The translations under genes and the position numbers were made by a program. The notes under the pieces are model-generated. The model saw nothing but the letters and a program-made list of their open reading frames with translations. It was not told the DNA's origin and did not search any database. 64,000 nt of DNA from Octopus vulgaris (taxonomy: Eukaryota): contig OX597828.1 of NCBI GenBank assembly GCA_951406725.2, forward strand, positions 42,408,001 to 42,472,000, in the 5' to 3' direction. Shown piece by piece: positions 26,501-40,540 of this stretch; within the stretch, counting starts at the first letter, position 1, and each line of letters opens with the position of its first letter.

Positions 26501-27600
26501 ACAGACAGACAGACAGACACACACACACACACACACACACATACACACACACGCACACTCGCATACAGAGTAAACATTATATATATATACCATAGCTATT
26601 GACAGGTGGTTTTAAGAAGCACAGCCTATCAACATCAGTTCGTAAACCCTTATGTTCTGGGTTCAAGCCCACTTCTTGCCGTTTTGGTTTAATATGTCCT
26701 TTTACCGCCGACTAGGCTGTCCCCTTCTAACTAACTGTTCCTTCAGTGTGAAATTGGGTAAGCCTGTGTACCTGTATTTCAAGGGTTTCAAAGCACAGCA
26801 TCCCAATAAAACGCTGTGTCAGCAGAGGTTATCGTCTCTAGACCCCCTTAATAAACGTGTGGACCCCACCCGATGGAGCAAAACAGGTAGATTTATCTCA
26901 ACTAGGTGAAGGAAAAAAGAAATTAATGAAATGCTCATCGTCGAAAGTGACGGAAAGTCAGTCAAATTTATTCTCAAATAGTACAGATGATCACTGGTTC
27001 GCATCTCTGTGTGGTTATAAAGGTATGTCCGTGCGTGCGTGCGTGTGTGTGTGTGTGCGTGTGTGTGTGTGCAACCTTACCTGTTCCCTTTGCTTTAATA
27101 TACTCAACTCGTGTATATATATATGTAGTCACATGTATACAAACTCTACCAGAATCTTATACATACTCATATTCACACGCACACATACACACACACACAC
27201 ACACACATTCACACACACACACACACACACCTATGACTACACATACATATCTATTTATATATATGCATGTATGTATGTATTTATATACATACATACACAC
27301 ATATGTGTGTAAATAAATATGTCATATACATGACAATGTTTATGTATATTATATATATATATACATATGTGTATGTATATATATATTTATTATACAATCA
27401 ACATTAATCTGAAAGAAAAAAAATCAAATTGTCGATATTTCTTCACCTGTATTAATTGATTTAAAGCTTGTCCTGTTAATTATTTTCATTGTGTGCTTCC
27501 ATAGTAAATATGTTCTGAAACCTTTCCCTTGTTGTTGTTGTTAGATATACACAACACATACAGATGTATATAAATGAATGCAAATATATATATATAACTA

Positions 27601-27636
<36 letters not shown>

Positions 27637-28159
27637 ACTATGTATATATGTATATATATATATGTGTATAAGCTTATATGTATGTATATAATATATATGT
27701 ATATATGTGTGTATGTGTGTACATATATATGTATGTGTGTATACATATATATATACACACGTATATATTTATATATATATACATATACATTCACACATAT
27801 ACATAAATATGTATTCATTTATTTACACATCACCATCTCGGTGTGTATAAGCTATGTATATCTAGTAACAACATTATTATGTTTATGTGTATATATATAT
27901 ATATATTATATATATATGCATTTTTATGTGTGTGTAATGTTTTTATATTTATAATTTTTTGTGTTTGTTTGCATGCATGTAATTTTATTGTATCTCATTT
28001 TCTGCCAAAAACATCATCTGAAAATAGGCATTTTTGCAAAATTTCAAATATGTGTAAAAAGATGTCGGTGCATGCATGTGTAATGTGAAAAGTACATGTA
28101 CCGCATACACTTCTCATATATATAATATACATACATATATATATATATGTGTATATATG

Positions 28160-28229
<70 letters not shown>

Positions 28230-28504
28230 CATACATAGGTGTATGTGTATAATAATATGTCTAGGCATACATACATATACATATATATCTATCATACTTG
28301 CATATATGCTCGTATATATACAGACAAATACACATGCATACCTGTGACACATACGCTCGTGCACGCACACAGACATATACACGTATGATATATATACGCA
28401 TACACATATATATATTATAGATATAGATACGTAAAATTCTGTGTGTGAATGTTACAATTTTTTTTCTTCTCTATCATTTATTTATTTTAATTAATTACCT
28501 TTCA

Positions 28505-28574
28505 TAGCCACATCTCTCATTATTTCTCTTTTTCTTTTTTCTCTCCCTTTTCTTCTCTCCCCAAATTTCTTTAG
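28505..28574 (+). promoter_or_regulatory. 3' splice site: polypyrimidine tract and AG acceptor of the COUP-TF exon
   Basis: ttatttctctttttctttttctctcccttttcttctctccccaaatttctttAG directly precedes the in-frame conserved AVQRGR. Confidence 0.92.
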
Positions 28575-29105
28575 CTGTCCAGCGAGGACGCGTCCCGCCA
28601 ACACAACATCCCGGATTTCCCGGACAGATGGCTCTCACGAACGGAGACCCGCTAAACGGACATACGTACCTGTCGAGCTTCATATCAATGCTGATACGTG
28701 CCGAACCCTACCCTACGTCACGCTACGGTCAGTGCATGCAACCGAACAATATAATGGGTATCGAGAACATTTGTGAACTTGCCGCCAGACTGCTGTTCAG
28801 TGCGGTCGAATGGGCGCGAAATATCCCCTTTTTTCCGGACCTTCAAGTTGCAGATCAAGTAGCTCTCTTACGGCTCAGTTGGAGCGAATTGTTCGTTTTA
28901 AATGCTGCTCAGTGCTCTATGCCGTTACATGTAGCACCGCTGTTAGCTGCTGCTGGGCTCCACGCGAGCCCAATGGCGGCTGACAGAGTTGTAGCTTTTA
29001 TGGATCATATAAGAATATTTCAGGAACAGGTTGAAAAATTAAAGGCACTCCACGTTGATTCGGCGGAGTATAGTTGTTTGAAAGCAATTGTGCTATTTAG
29101 TTCAG
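28575..29105 (+). CDS. COUP-TF: Internal coding exon of COUP-TF/seven-up (NR2F) nuclear receptor: hinge plus most of the ligand-binding domain
   Basis: Translation (A)[176 protein letters not shown](D) is near-identical to NR2F1/NR2F2/Svp as I recall them. It is preceded by a polypyrimidine tract and TTTAG (AG 28573-28574) and followed by CAG|GTAAGT (GT 29106-29107). Length 531 bp = 177 codons, phase 1 at both ends. Confidence 0.98.
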
Positions 29106-29111
29106 GTAAGT
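29103..29111 (+). promoter_or_regulatory. 5' splice donor of the COUP-TF exon
   Basis: Perfect consensus CAG|GTAAGT exactly where NR2F homology ends. Confidence 0.95.
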
Positions 29112-29240
29112 TTAAGTTTATTAATTTTTTTAATCAGAAATATATCTTTTTTTTTTTTTTTTTCTTTTGTCTTTTGTAAATTTATTTCAATTTTGAAATT
29201 TTGTCACATTATTTTGATCCATCTTTTTTTCCTTTTATCT

Positions 29241-29287
<47 letters not shown>

Positions 29288-30469
29288 AAATGTTTTCTTT
29301 GTATTGTAATTTTTTTTTCTTCTATGGAAAAATTATATCTCTGTTTTCAGCCATCATATTTGTTGATGTAGGTAGGGTTTTGTAAAAAGACGTATGACAA
29401 AACTTGTTTTCATAATTTTGTCGGGAATAACGATGGTGATGATGATGATGATGATGATGGTGATAAAATTAGAAGCAATCATAGTAATAGTTTTAATAAT
29501 AATAATAATAATAATATAGTGATTTCTAAATTAGATGCAAAATCCAAATTATGACGATAACGTAAGTAACAATCCTATAAGTGGTGGTAGTGACGGTAGT
29601 AGTAGTAGTAATAGTCGATGATTTTATAGGGGCTTAGAAGTAGGGGACATCATAAGGACAGTAATAATAATAATTATTATTATAGCGACGATTTCCAGAA
29701 TTGGGTACAAAGACACCCCCATCTTTTCTCCTCATATCATCAACTTGACAAGGCAATGGATCTATCTCCGCAGTATTTGATTTGTAACTTTTTCCCAGTT
29801 ACATAACAGGTACCGCCTTGCATTGGTCACGAATCTGTTAGTAACGTCGAGAGGAAATCAAGTAGTAATGGTGCGTGGAGAATTGCCATGACTGAGAAAT
29901 TTTGCAAGATGGAACGAGTTTGCTTTCGGGTCCCATCGTCGAAAAGGTGTGGGCCCCCTCTCCACCATTCCCCTTCAGAAATTCACGCCACCTCCTGTTT
30001 TCCGTGCCTCTTTAAATAATAAGACCGCGTGCTCGAGTGTTATAAATTGTAATCTACCAGTATATATATAAATTAGTTCTTTGTTCTCTAACAAAATAAA
30101 TTTCTATATCCCTATGTCCAACCCTAACGGGATTTGAACTCGGGACTTGAAGTTAAACTTCGCTTAAATTTTATCAGAAGTCGTCGTTTTTAATTTAGCG
30201 TTCAGCGTGTTTCTACCGTATGTTCTGAGCTGTCACTTTTACCAAGTTGATATTTGCCATAGAGCTTTTTCATTAACAGTATCAAATACAATCAGTGTTA
30301 CGGTCTTGGTACTTGTTTCATGAACCTCCGGAGGGACTAACGGCCATTTTGAGACTAACAAGTTTAAGGCCCTAGCACGCAGAGTAAACGCTTACAGTGA
30401 AGCAGGGCATTGAATTCTTCACTCAACTATTTATGCTTTCTAATAATTATGTTCATTTCTAATTTAGAC

Positions 30470-30870
30470 GCACGGTCTGAAATTTATCCTAAATGGAGTT
30501 AGCTGATTACATCGACTTTAGTTCATGCTTAAAACCTTGTTTTATCAACCCCCCACCCCGCCAAGGGATAAATAGCAAAGCTGACCTCGATGGAAGTTGA
30601 ACTCAAAACGTAAGCTTTCGGGAAAATACCGCGGGCAATTTTAGTCTGATACTGTAAAGATTCGGTCAATCTACTGTTAAGTACATCGACTCTAGTACTT
30701 TGTTAGTACTTTCATTTTTTATCAACCCCACAAAATGATAAAAGATGAAGTCGACCTCAGAAATATTTAATCTCAGTACATAACAAAGTACTAGGACAAT
30801 ACCAAAGTACCAGGACAATACCGCAGGACATTCTGTCCGACACGATAACGATTCGGCCAACCTGCCTATT
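30470..30870 (-). mobile_element. Old family A SINE fragments
   Basis: gacctcgatggaagttgaactcaaaacg and gatgaagtcgacctcagaaatatttaatctcag. Confidence 0.55.
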
Positions 30871-32029
30871 TCTTATGCTGCTGATAATGATTCCTAACGA
30901 AAGTGCAAATCTCACACATTTATAAAGGTTGATACCCTGCGTCTACTGGTACTCATAATAAACCTTGGAAGAGCATAAGGTCGGCTACTGTGGGTTTTGA
31001 TCTTGGGGCAGGAAGGACTTCAAGATTAAATGATGCTGGGAAAGGAAAGACTTCAAGATTAAATGTAACAAGACATTTTTTTAGGCATTCTACACCTTTG
31101 TCATCTACAGCTATAATGTTATAACAGAGCGGTATAAGACCGCATAACGGGGGATTAAGGAAAGATAACTCTGGAGACAGGAGAACATTCTTTATACTAA
31201 GCACCTAGCTTGGTCTCTCCTGTTGGTAGGTGGGAACATCGTGACGTAGGGTGTGTCTTGGTCATTTTAAACCTGACGGTGCTGATCGCTCCCTGGGTCT
31301 GAGCATAGATGATTTCTTCAAAAGAGAAAGAGAGGGTGAGAAAGAAAAATGAGAAAGGGAGGGAAAGAAAGGCGACTCCGCCACTAGATTGGTATTTTTG
31401 TTTATAGATTCAGAAACAATAATAAAAAAGCAAAGTTATCTCGATGGCATTTGAACTGGTAATGGATACATCAAATCAAGAGAAGAGCTTCAATGCTAGG
31501 TAGATAGGATCATTATTAAAAATCTTAACTAAATGCTGGTAAATATTTGATAAAACGGATGGTTTCTTGGTCGATTATGTGAAGAATTACCCAACTTTTT
31601 CACCGGTATCATCATCCTCTGTATAAATAGATGGAAGTGAAAGTTCAGCTCGTCAGTATAAGATCTGAAACGCATGTATGTGTTCAAGGTCACACTTATT
31701 GTACAACAGACGATGCTTAAGGAGTCACTGACTTTCCTAGGATAACAACGGTGAAATTGAGCTTCTTGGTGGTGACTCTGCTGATTGGTAATGGTAGTGC
31801 TAGTCCTTGATAATGTTTTTATTTAGAATTCATTCTTCTACCTTTTCAAAAATGGATCGTTTTATATGAATCTTTTTATTCTTTATGTTCAAGCGTTACT
31901 TCTGTATTATCTCTACTCAGGGCCGTTAAAATGAAGTGTCAGTCGAATTACTAAGGTCGATTGTATCGAACCATCCCTTCTCAAATTGCCGGGCCTTCAT
32001 CCTAAATTATTATTGTTATTATTATTATT

Positions 32030-32232
32030 TTATTCTTTTACTTGTTTGTCATTTGACTGCGGCCATGCTGGAGCAGCGCCTTTAGTCGAGCAACTCGACC
32101 CCGGGACTTGTTCTTTGTAAGCCTAGTACTTATTCTATCGGTCTCTTTTGCCGAACAGTTACGTTATGGGGATGTAAATACATCAGCATCGGTTGTCAAG
32201 CGATGCTGGGGAGGGGACAAACACAGGCACAA

Positions 32233-32301
<69 letters not shown>

Positions 32302-32345
32302 CACATATATACGACAGGCTGCTTTCAGTTTCCGTCTACCAAATC
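32030..32345 (-). mobile_element. SINE family B lacking its tRNA head
   Basis: tcatttgactgcggccatgctggagcagcgcctttagtcgag...(CA)n(TA)n...ttcagtttccgtctaccaaat. Confidence 0.85.
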
Positions 32346-32389
32346 TATTATTACTACTGCTGCTGCTGCTGCCAGGGCAGCGAGATGGA

Positions 32390-32745
32390 GGGAAGCGAGA
32401 AGTCTACTAAATCGTTAGCACTCCGGACAAAAAAAGGCTTAGCGGCATTTCGTCCGTCTTTGCGTTCTTAGTTCTGCCGAGGTCGACTTTGCCTTTCATC
32501 CTGTAAGTGTTGATAAAATAAATATGAGTCAAGAACTAGGAACGATGTAATCGACTTATCCCCTTAATTTCCAATCTTATTCTTGTGCCTTTCGTAAAAA
32601 GGGATCATTATTATTTCCAATTCTAATTCATATAGTTCAAATTCCGTCGACCTCGGCGGAATTTGAACTCGGAACGTGAAATACGTGAAATATCGTTAAG
32701 CATTTCGTCTAGAGTGCTAACAATTGTGCCAGCTCGCCGCCTTAA
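32390..32745. mobile_element. Family A SINE (+, 32390-32610) followed by an inverted family A head (-, 32645-32745)
   Basis: gccgaggtcgactttgcctttcatcc on +, then gtcgacctcggcggaatttgaactcggaacg...gccagctcgccgcctt. Confidence 0.8.
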
Positions 32746-32770
32746 CAACAACAACAACAACAACAACAAC

Positions 32771-32817
<47 letters not shown>

Positions 32818-33120
32818 GAGGTTTGGATAAGTCACCTTTGGAAACATGGGTGCTTCGTTCAGCATCCTTAAACAATCCTTATTCAGAGACCTATTGAGCG
32901 GGACGGGCCACTCGATCAGAAGAAAATTCTAACTGGGCCCCACGTGCAAGGTCATGCACTGTTTATCTTGATATGAGATCACCATGTCGCGCACATATGG
33001 TTGAGATGCATGTGCCTGGTGTACCCTTATCAGACGGGTAGACACGATGGGTATTACTGGGCTTCGTATATTTTACCCCAGTGTCACTTTGATGATGGCA
33101 TGCACTGCTCTCTCACTCAA
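32818..33120 (+). mobile_element. LINE-type 3' end embedded in (AAT)n
   Basis: Ends ...gtgtacccttatcag...ccccagtgtcactttgatgatggcatgcactgctctctcactc(aat)n, with (AAT)n on both sides. The same sequence is inverted at 12408-12505. Confidence 0.7.
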
Positions 33121-33673
33121 TAATAATAATAATAATAATAATAATGATAATAATAATAATATTTTCTACTATAGGCACAAGGCCTGAAATCTTGGGGGAA
33201 GACAGTGGTCGATTACATCAACCTCAGTGTTTCACTGGCACTTAATTTATCGACCCTGAAATGATTATTGTGTATATACATTTATACTATATATATATTT
33301 TCAATACTCATGTTGTTGTTGTTGTGTGACATTCGGCTTAACATACTTGAGTAGTTTAACCTCATTTTATAGTGCATTTTCTATTCTTTTTCTTTTTTCT
33401 TTTTTTTTCGTTAATTCAAAAATGCCACCGGTAGTGAGATGAAACTACACCCCCACCTGCCACCACCACCACCACCACCACCCTATTTATAGTAAAAAGA
33501 AAAAGAGGTCGATAAAGTAAGAATACTAATAAAGTGCACTAGAGCCTATTTAATTGGTTTGTTTAAAGATGCATCGTCATCATGATCATCATCATTATCA
33601 TCATCATGGAAAAATTTTTTCACACTTGAATGTGTTTAATGGTAGGTCTTCAGAAACATTCGGTGCAATTGTG

Positions 33674-33714
<41 letters not shown>

Positions 33715-33873
33715 TATAAATGCTCGTGTACCCTCCTCGCGCGCATGCGTTGGTGCGCAAAAGGCAATTTTTGGATGGCCATAATGACGGCGATGTCTGT
33801 GGCATTGGTTGTGGTCCTGGACATGCTTCTGTAGCTGGCGGCGGCGGCGGTGGTGTTTAATAGATATTGTGTA

Positions 33874-33905
<32 letters not shown>

Positions 33906-34013
33906 ATGTATATGTATGTATGTATATAGGGAATATGATGAAATTCATAAATTTAAACAATAGAAAAGTTGATTGAGATAACTAAGTTGTCTGTGTGTGT
34001 ATACTTACATACA

Positions 34014-34113
<100 letters not shown>

Positions 34114-34537
34114 TGTATATATGTGTATATATGTGTACAAAATATTGATGTTTGTGCACGTGTGTCTGTGTGTTTGTGTATAGATATATAATATATATGT
34201 ATAATATATATACACATATATAGATATACACAAACACACACACCACACATAGATAGATCAATAGGTAGGTAGGTAGATAGATAGATAGACGTGCATATAT
34301 ACATACAGCTGAAACACATACGTAACGCACTGACATACATACACACACATATACAAATAAAACAGAGACGTTGTCTCTTTGATCTTGGCAATCAATTGCA
34401 GTTATCTTTGTATAATTACTGTTGTTATGTTTAGCGTTTATATCCGTTAATGATGTTGTTGTGTAGTCTGTCTATTTACATACTTTCAACGGGGCCATTT
34501 GTTTTCTTTTGTCTGGACTTCACTCTGTCTGTCTCTG

Positions 34538-34642
<105 letters not shown>

Positions 34643-34950
34643 GTCTGTCTGTCTGTCTGTGTCTGTCTCTCTCTCTCTCTCTCTCTGTATCCCCGTATCC
34701 CCTCCTTTTTTTTTACAAGGATACAGTATTACAGGTGGTTTTAGTTAGACTTGCATATTCTATGTATGTTCGTATATCTTAGGGTATATATAAATTTATC
34801 ATGTATTTATATGTTTATGTATGTATGTATGTATATATATATATAAATGTGTGTATATATGTGTGTGTGAGTAAATGTATGTATGCATACATGTATATTA
34901 TACGAGGTGAGTTCAAAAACTGGCCGATTTTAGTTTTCCCGCCAAAACTA

Positions 34951-35105
34951 ATTCCGCCGAGGTCCACTTTGCTTTTCATCCTTTCTGGGTTGATAAATTA
35001 AGCACCAGCAAAACATTGGAGTCGATGTAATCATCAAGTCGCCTCCTCCTCAATATTTGTGGCACTGTGCCTCCAGTAAAAGGATTATTATTATTATTAT
35101 TATTA

Positions 35106-35160
<55 letters not shown>

Positions 35161-35350
35161 GGCGGCAAGCTGGTAGAATTGTTAGGACGCCGGACGAACT
35201 GCTTTGCGGTATTTTCACATTTTGCTACTTTCTGAGTTCAAATTCCGTCGAGGTCGACTTTGTCTGTCGTCCTTTCAGGGTGGAGAAATTAAGTACCAGT
35301 AATCGACTACCCTCACAATGTCAGGCCTTATGCCTATAGTAGAAAAGATT
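34951..35350 (+). mobile_element. Two family A SINE copies separated by (ATT)n
   Basis: attccgccgaggtccactttgc (34951), then ggcggcaagctggtagaattgttagg...gagttcaaattccgtcgaggtcgac (35161-35350). Confidence 0.8.
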
Positions 35351-36175
35351 ATTATTATTATTTGATACAAAGAACTTCAATAACTTAGGGTAGGGTGATG
35401 CGAAATTTTGATGTTGATGTTATTTTCCATGTAGTCAGTATCTGTAATGATGCGGGAGAAAATGATGATGTAAGCCAGGAGGTTGTCTTTCGTTGTCCAA
35501 TGAGTAATCAATAGATGCGTAACACCGCATAGTAGTGAATATCGATTACTCACAAACCCGAAACTACCTGTGAAGCTCGTGAGGTTTATTTTATTTGGTA
35601 GTTGAAGGGATGGAAAATTGTCCGTTGATGAATTACGCTTGTAACCCCTATCATGAACACTTACAATACCGGAAACCGGTGGTCTCTAATGTGATAGGAA
35701 ACAGTAGTCTCTCTTAGTGAGCCGGAAGTCACTGATTTCTGGTGGGTCGCTCAAAATTCTGTGTTCACCAAAAAGAAACTTCAAAGTACGAACACTGACC
35801 AATAGTCGCACAGAATACCAGAACATGTGATTTATGACGTCAGTGGTTTGTAAGTTCAGACGTTTTATGCGTCCGCCAGGCAGTTTGCTGTTCGATCAAT
35901 TTTTTTTTTTTTGCTTTTTCTATTATTGCTATCTAACAATTTTATCTTCGCTAGAAAACCTTTTCTAACCGATTATCAGTAGCACAACACCCTTATAATG
36001 CATGAGGAATACATGGTGTAAACCTTTCATCAAAAGAGGGAGAAAGTTCAAATCGTGATTATTGTCCAAATTTACGTGTAAAGAAAATGAAACTCTGCGT
36101 TTGAAAAAACAAAAGTCGGCGTACGTTGGACGTAGAGGTGATGGCCAGATAGAGCATGTGAACTAGTCACCCTCG

Positions 36176-36225
<50 letters not shown>

Positions 36226-36509
36226 CATGTGTGTGTGTGTGAACACAACTTACACAAGACATAGTTAAATCAAGTTTCATGTGATAGAAAAAAAAAACTT
36301 ATGGCACAGCGATATCTGTACCCCGTCTTTTTCTTTCCATTGCTTCCCTCCAGTTTCTTTCTTTCTTCCTTCCTTCCTTCCTTTTTCTCATTCACTCTCG
36401 CTCCAGAGAGAACGTCTTTATTTGGTGGCAAATGACTACTTGCTTGTAGTTTTATAACTTGGGGTCTGAAGTTTGAAGCAAGGATGTACTATCTTTACTA
36501 GACTATATC

Positions 36510-36577
<68 letters not shown>

Positions 36578-37344
36578 GAGATAGATAGATAGATATATTG
36601 CTAAGAGAACATGTTTATATCATCTATCTATATATATATATATAATATATATTTGTTAATTCTAATGTGTTCTATTTTTGTTTGTATAAACACCCACATG
36701 TGTGCGTGTGTGTGTGTGTACATTTATACATATATGCATATGCACTTACTCTCTATATTTCTCATTTCTCGCCCGCACCCCCATAATACCTATCCTTTTC
36801 TATTTTCTCTCCATTCACGCCTTTTCTTTTTCTCCCTTTTTTTTCCCCTATTTCGTGGACTTTTATGAATTCTTTCATTTCAAACTACCACCTCCACCCT
36901 ATTACCTGTTCACCGTCACACACTTCCAAGCATATTTTGTCCTTTCTTTCTCTCTCTCTCTCTCTCTCTCAATGTCTCTACCCTGTCTTGACAACCCATC
37001 CTTATCACTTTTTGCCCTTCGTCGTCATTGGCCTCGCCCCTTTCTCTCTGTCTCTCGATCTCTCTCTCTCTCCCCCCCTCTCTCTCTCTCACAGACGCAC
37101 TCATAAACACACGCAGAGCCTACGGACACTTCACTCAAACTCACGCAAGAACACAGTATCTCCGTAACACTTTCTTGCGCGCACACTCCCCACCTGTCAT
37201 TTCGCTTTTTTTTTCCTTTTTTCTTTTACCTTACTCTCCATTCATCAACGACCAGAGCCACCACCGCGGCCGCCATCACAAACAACAACAACAATACTAC
37301 ATTCTTCTTATACAGCCCTCTCCCCATCTACTCTAGAATCATAC

Positions 37345-37425
<81 letters not shown>

Positions 37426-37720
37426 TCACCTACATACGTACACTGACAGCCAATGGTAAACACGAGAGAAATTTGCAAGCTTTCCGCTCTACATAACATT
37501 GTTATTTGATACCAAGTCTTCTCGATTTGCTTCAACGGATACAAGAACAACCACAGCAGCAGCAACAACAACAGCAACACTTAAAGGGAAACAATGACAC
37601 GACAACAACAATGACAACAACAAAAAAGTGTAAGCTAGTAAAATAGAACGTAATCGAGAAAGGAAAACTCATGAAAAAAAAAAAAAAAAGGTCAGACTTG
37701 CACAATAATATAAAAAGCAA

Positions 37721-37760
<40 letters not shown>

Positions 37761-39490
37761 TAATGGTGGAGGTGGTGGTGATGAAGACGATGATGATGAT
37801 GATGGGCTCAAAAATGTGAAAACGAGAAGAAATGTGTGTGGTACGAATGTGGGATATTGGCGGAAATAAGTCATAGGTCGTATGTGTTGTGTATGAGTGA
37901 GAGAGAGAGAAGGGAGGAGGAAGGAGGGAGTTGGTAATGGTTAGAGAGAAGAGATATGATAGAGGGAGAATAGGCGTTGAAAGAATAAGGGTGGGTGGGT
38001 CGGGGCCGAGGTAGTGGGTGGGGGTGGAGTTATTACTCGCGCCCATATATATATATTTATATGTATCCCCCCTGTATGTGTGTGTGTGTGTGTGTGTGTG
38101 CATGAATACATATATAGTGGAGACATGCACTGATCTGACGAAGGTCAGCCAACTGAAACTTCGAAGTTTTACTAACAACACCTTTTTTTAAAAAATTAAG
38201 GTTTAATGAACAGGTGCTCTGCTAAAAGTATTGAGTACTCCTTCAGTTTAATGTTAGATTGACATAAAAACAAGCGTGTGTCTAGTTGTGAGAATGATCA
38301 TTGGCATGGTATGATGACTGAAAGGATTAGAGATTTCAGCCATTTTTAGGTCTCTAAGTCATTATTATTAAGTCGAGTTTGAAAACAGGTTTCAATATTG
38401 TTCATATCATACTAGCTACATCAGTACGCGCTTCATTCGTGTTATTTGCCGCAACTAATTAATTAAGTCATTAGCATAGCTATAACGACGCTACAAAAAT
38501 CATTTTCTTTCTCTATCTAAAACTTTGATGCACCCGCATTTATCTTGTCCTGATCCCCCTTTCCAAAAATTAATAATTAAATAAATAAATGAATGAATGA
38601 ATGAACTTCCATATTTGTTATGACTTAAATGTAACGAATATTGAAGCTCTACCGTTTCTGCTGTCCCTGACACATTCATTCTTCCATCCCCACGTTATAC
38701 ATCTTTCTTTTTTTCTTACTGACCAATATTAACCAGAGGCATTCCATCCTTGACCTATCCTTTATAGAAATATCTGAAACTAGATTGTCGAATTTACCTT
38801 TTTCTTTAATAAGGTTGTAGTGTCATTTGAGTGATAATTGGTTGTTATTCCTTGCACGTGTAACGATCAAAATGGAGGATTAACAGTGCGATTGATACAT
38901 GTACGCACGTACACACGCACACCTACGCATGCAGACGTATACACGCGCACACACATGATACACATATATACACCCATACACAAACGGGTCACCGATTCTG
39001 TTATTTTATTACAGCTTTAACAACAACAATAATAATAATTATTATTATTGTTGTTGTTTATTTGCCACCAGTGGTGACAGATATCTTATACACACACACA
39101 TATATGGTATGCATGTGTGTGTTGTGCGTGTATATGTGAATGAGTGTAGAGCGCACCCATGTGTGTGTTGCACGTATTGTTATATGGCTTTCAAGGTTTT
39201 TCAAAAACACGTTTTGCAAATGTGTCGCTGACGAGAGTATGCACGATTAAGCTTGAATGCGTTTATGTATCAACTTTCATACGTACGTACATGTGTGTGT
39301 GTGAGTGTCACTGTATAATACGAATTCATAGGTGTATGCGTGAATGTGTACGGGTATTTATGTGTGCATGTGACTGCTTGTGTGTGTGGGCATGCTTATG
39401 TGTGTTTGTGTTTGATTGTGTGAAATATTCTGTTGATTTAACCGAGCATGTGTAAAATTATTAACGCCTGGTCGTCATCCACCACAGCTG

Positions 39491-39545
<55 letters not shown>

Positions 39546-39766
39546 TTCACGTCCCTTCCATCATCACCGCCGCTGCTTTGCTTTCATACTTGAAGACTCA
39601 GCTCCGGCACCAGACACAGCCCCACCATAAGCAGCGAGACCGCCCCCCCCCCCCCCCACTAACCACCCATCATCCGTTTCCTGCATGCAACTTCTCTAAT
39701 TTCACTCCTAATAATTTATTTTCTATAGCCTTATTACACATACATACATACATACAACACACACAG

Positions 39767-39806
<40 letters not shown>

Positions 39807-40249
39807 TGATAGACTAGGCACCAAGCCAATTTTCGTAAGAGAGAAACAGAGAAAGAGTCCGAGAGAGAGAGAGAGAGAGAAAGAGAAAGAGAGAAGGCAA
39901 AGAGGTTTAAGAGCCCTCAGTTCACTGACCTCAATATATAACTGGTGCTTATTGTTATCGTCTGCAGACGGATGGATTTGGAAGAAGTTATTTAATCTTC
40001 AGAACGAAGAAAGTGGGTGTGGCATTTTGCAGCACAAGGCATGTAGAGCGGCGCTTTTACCGGAAGTCTCTTATCAATTTTCAATGTCCTTGGTGTTAAA
40101 TGTAACATTTGGCAAACTTCAAAGAAGACCTGAGGAGTGTCAGGACACCTAGTGATCTCGTCATTTCAGAGCAGCTTTAAATGATTTTTATTTGCTACCT
40201 CCGTTCATAAAATGAAAACTGACCCAAACAGGATATACGACTGGCATTA

Positions 40250-40463
40250 CTCTTTACTCTTTACTATTTTACTTGTTTCAGTCATTTGACTGCGGCCATG
40301 CTGGAGCAGCGCCTTTAGTCGAGCAAATCGACTCAGGGACTTATTCTTTGTAAGCCCAGTACTTCTTCTATCGGTTCTTTTGCCGAACCGCTAAGTTACG
40401 GGGACGTAAACACACCAGCATCGGTTGTCAAGCAATGCTAAGGGGACAAACACAGACACACAA

Positions 40464-40540
<77 letters not shown>

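Noticed and set aside
28628-29179. ORF-track protein starting at MALTNG as a complete gene
   Set aside because: Homology extends upstream of the ATG to a splice acceptor and stops at a consensus donor, so this is an internal exon.
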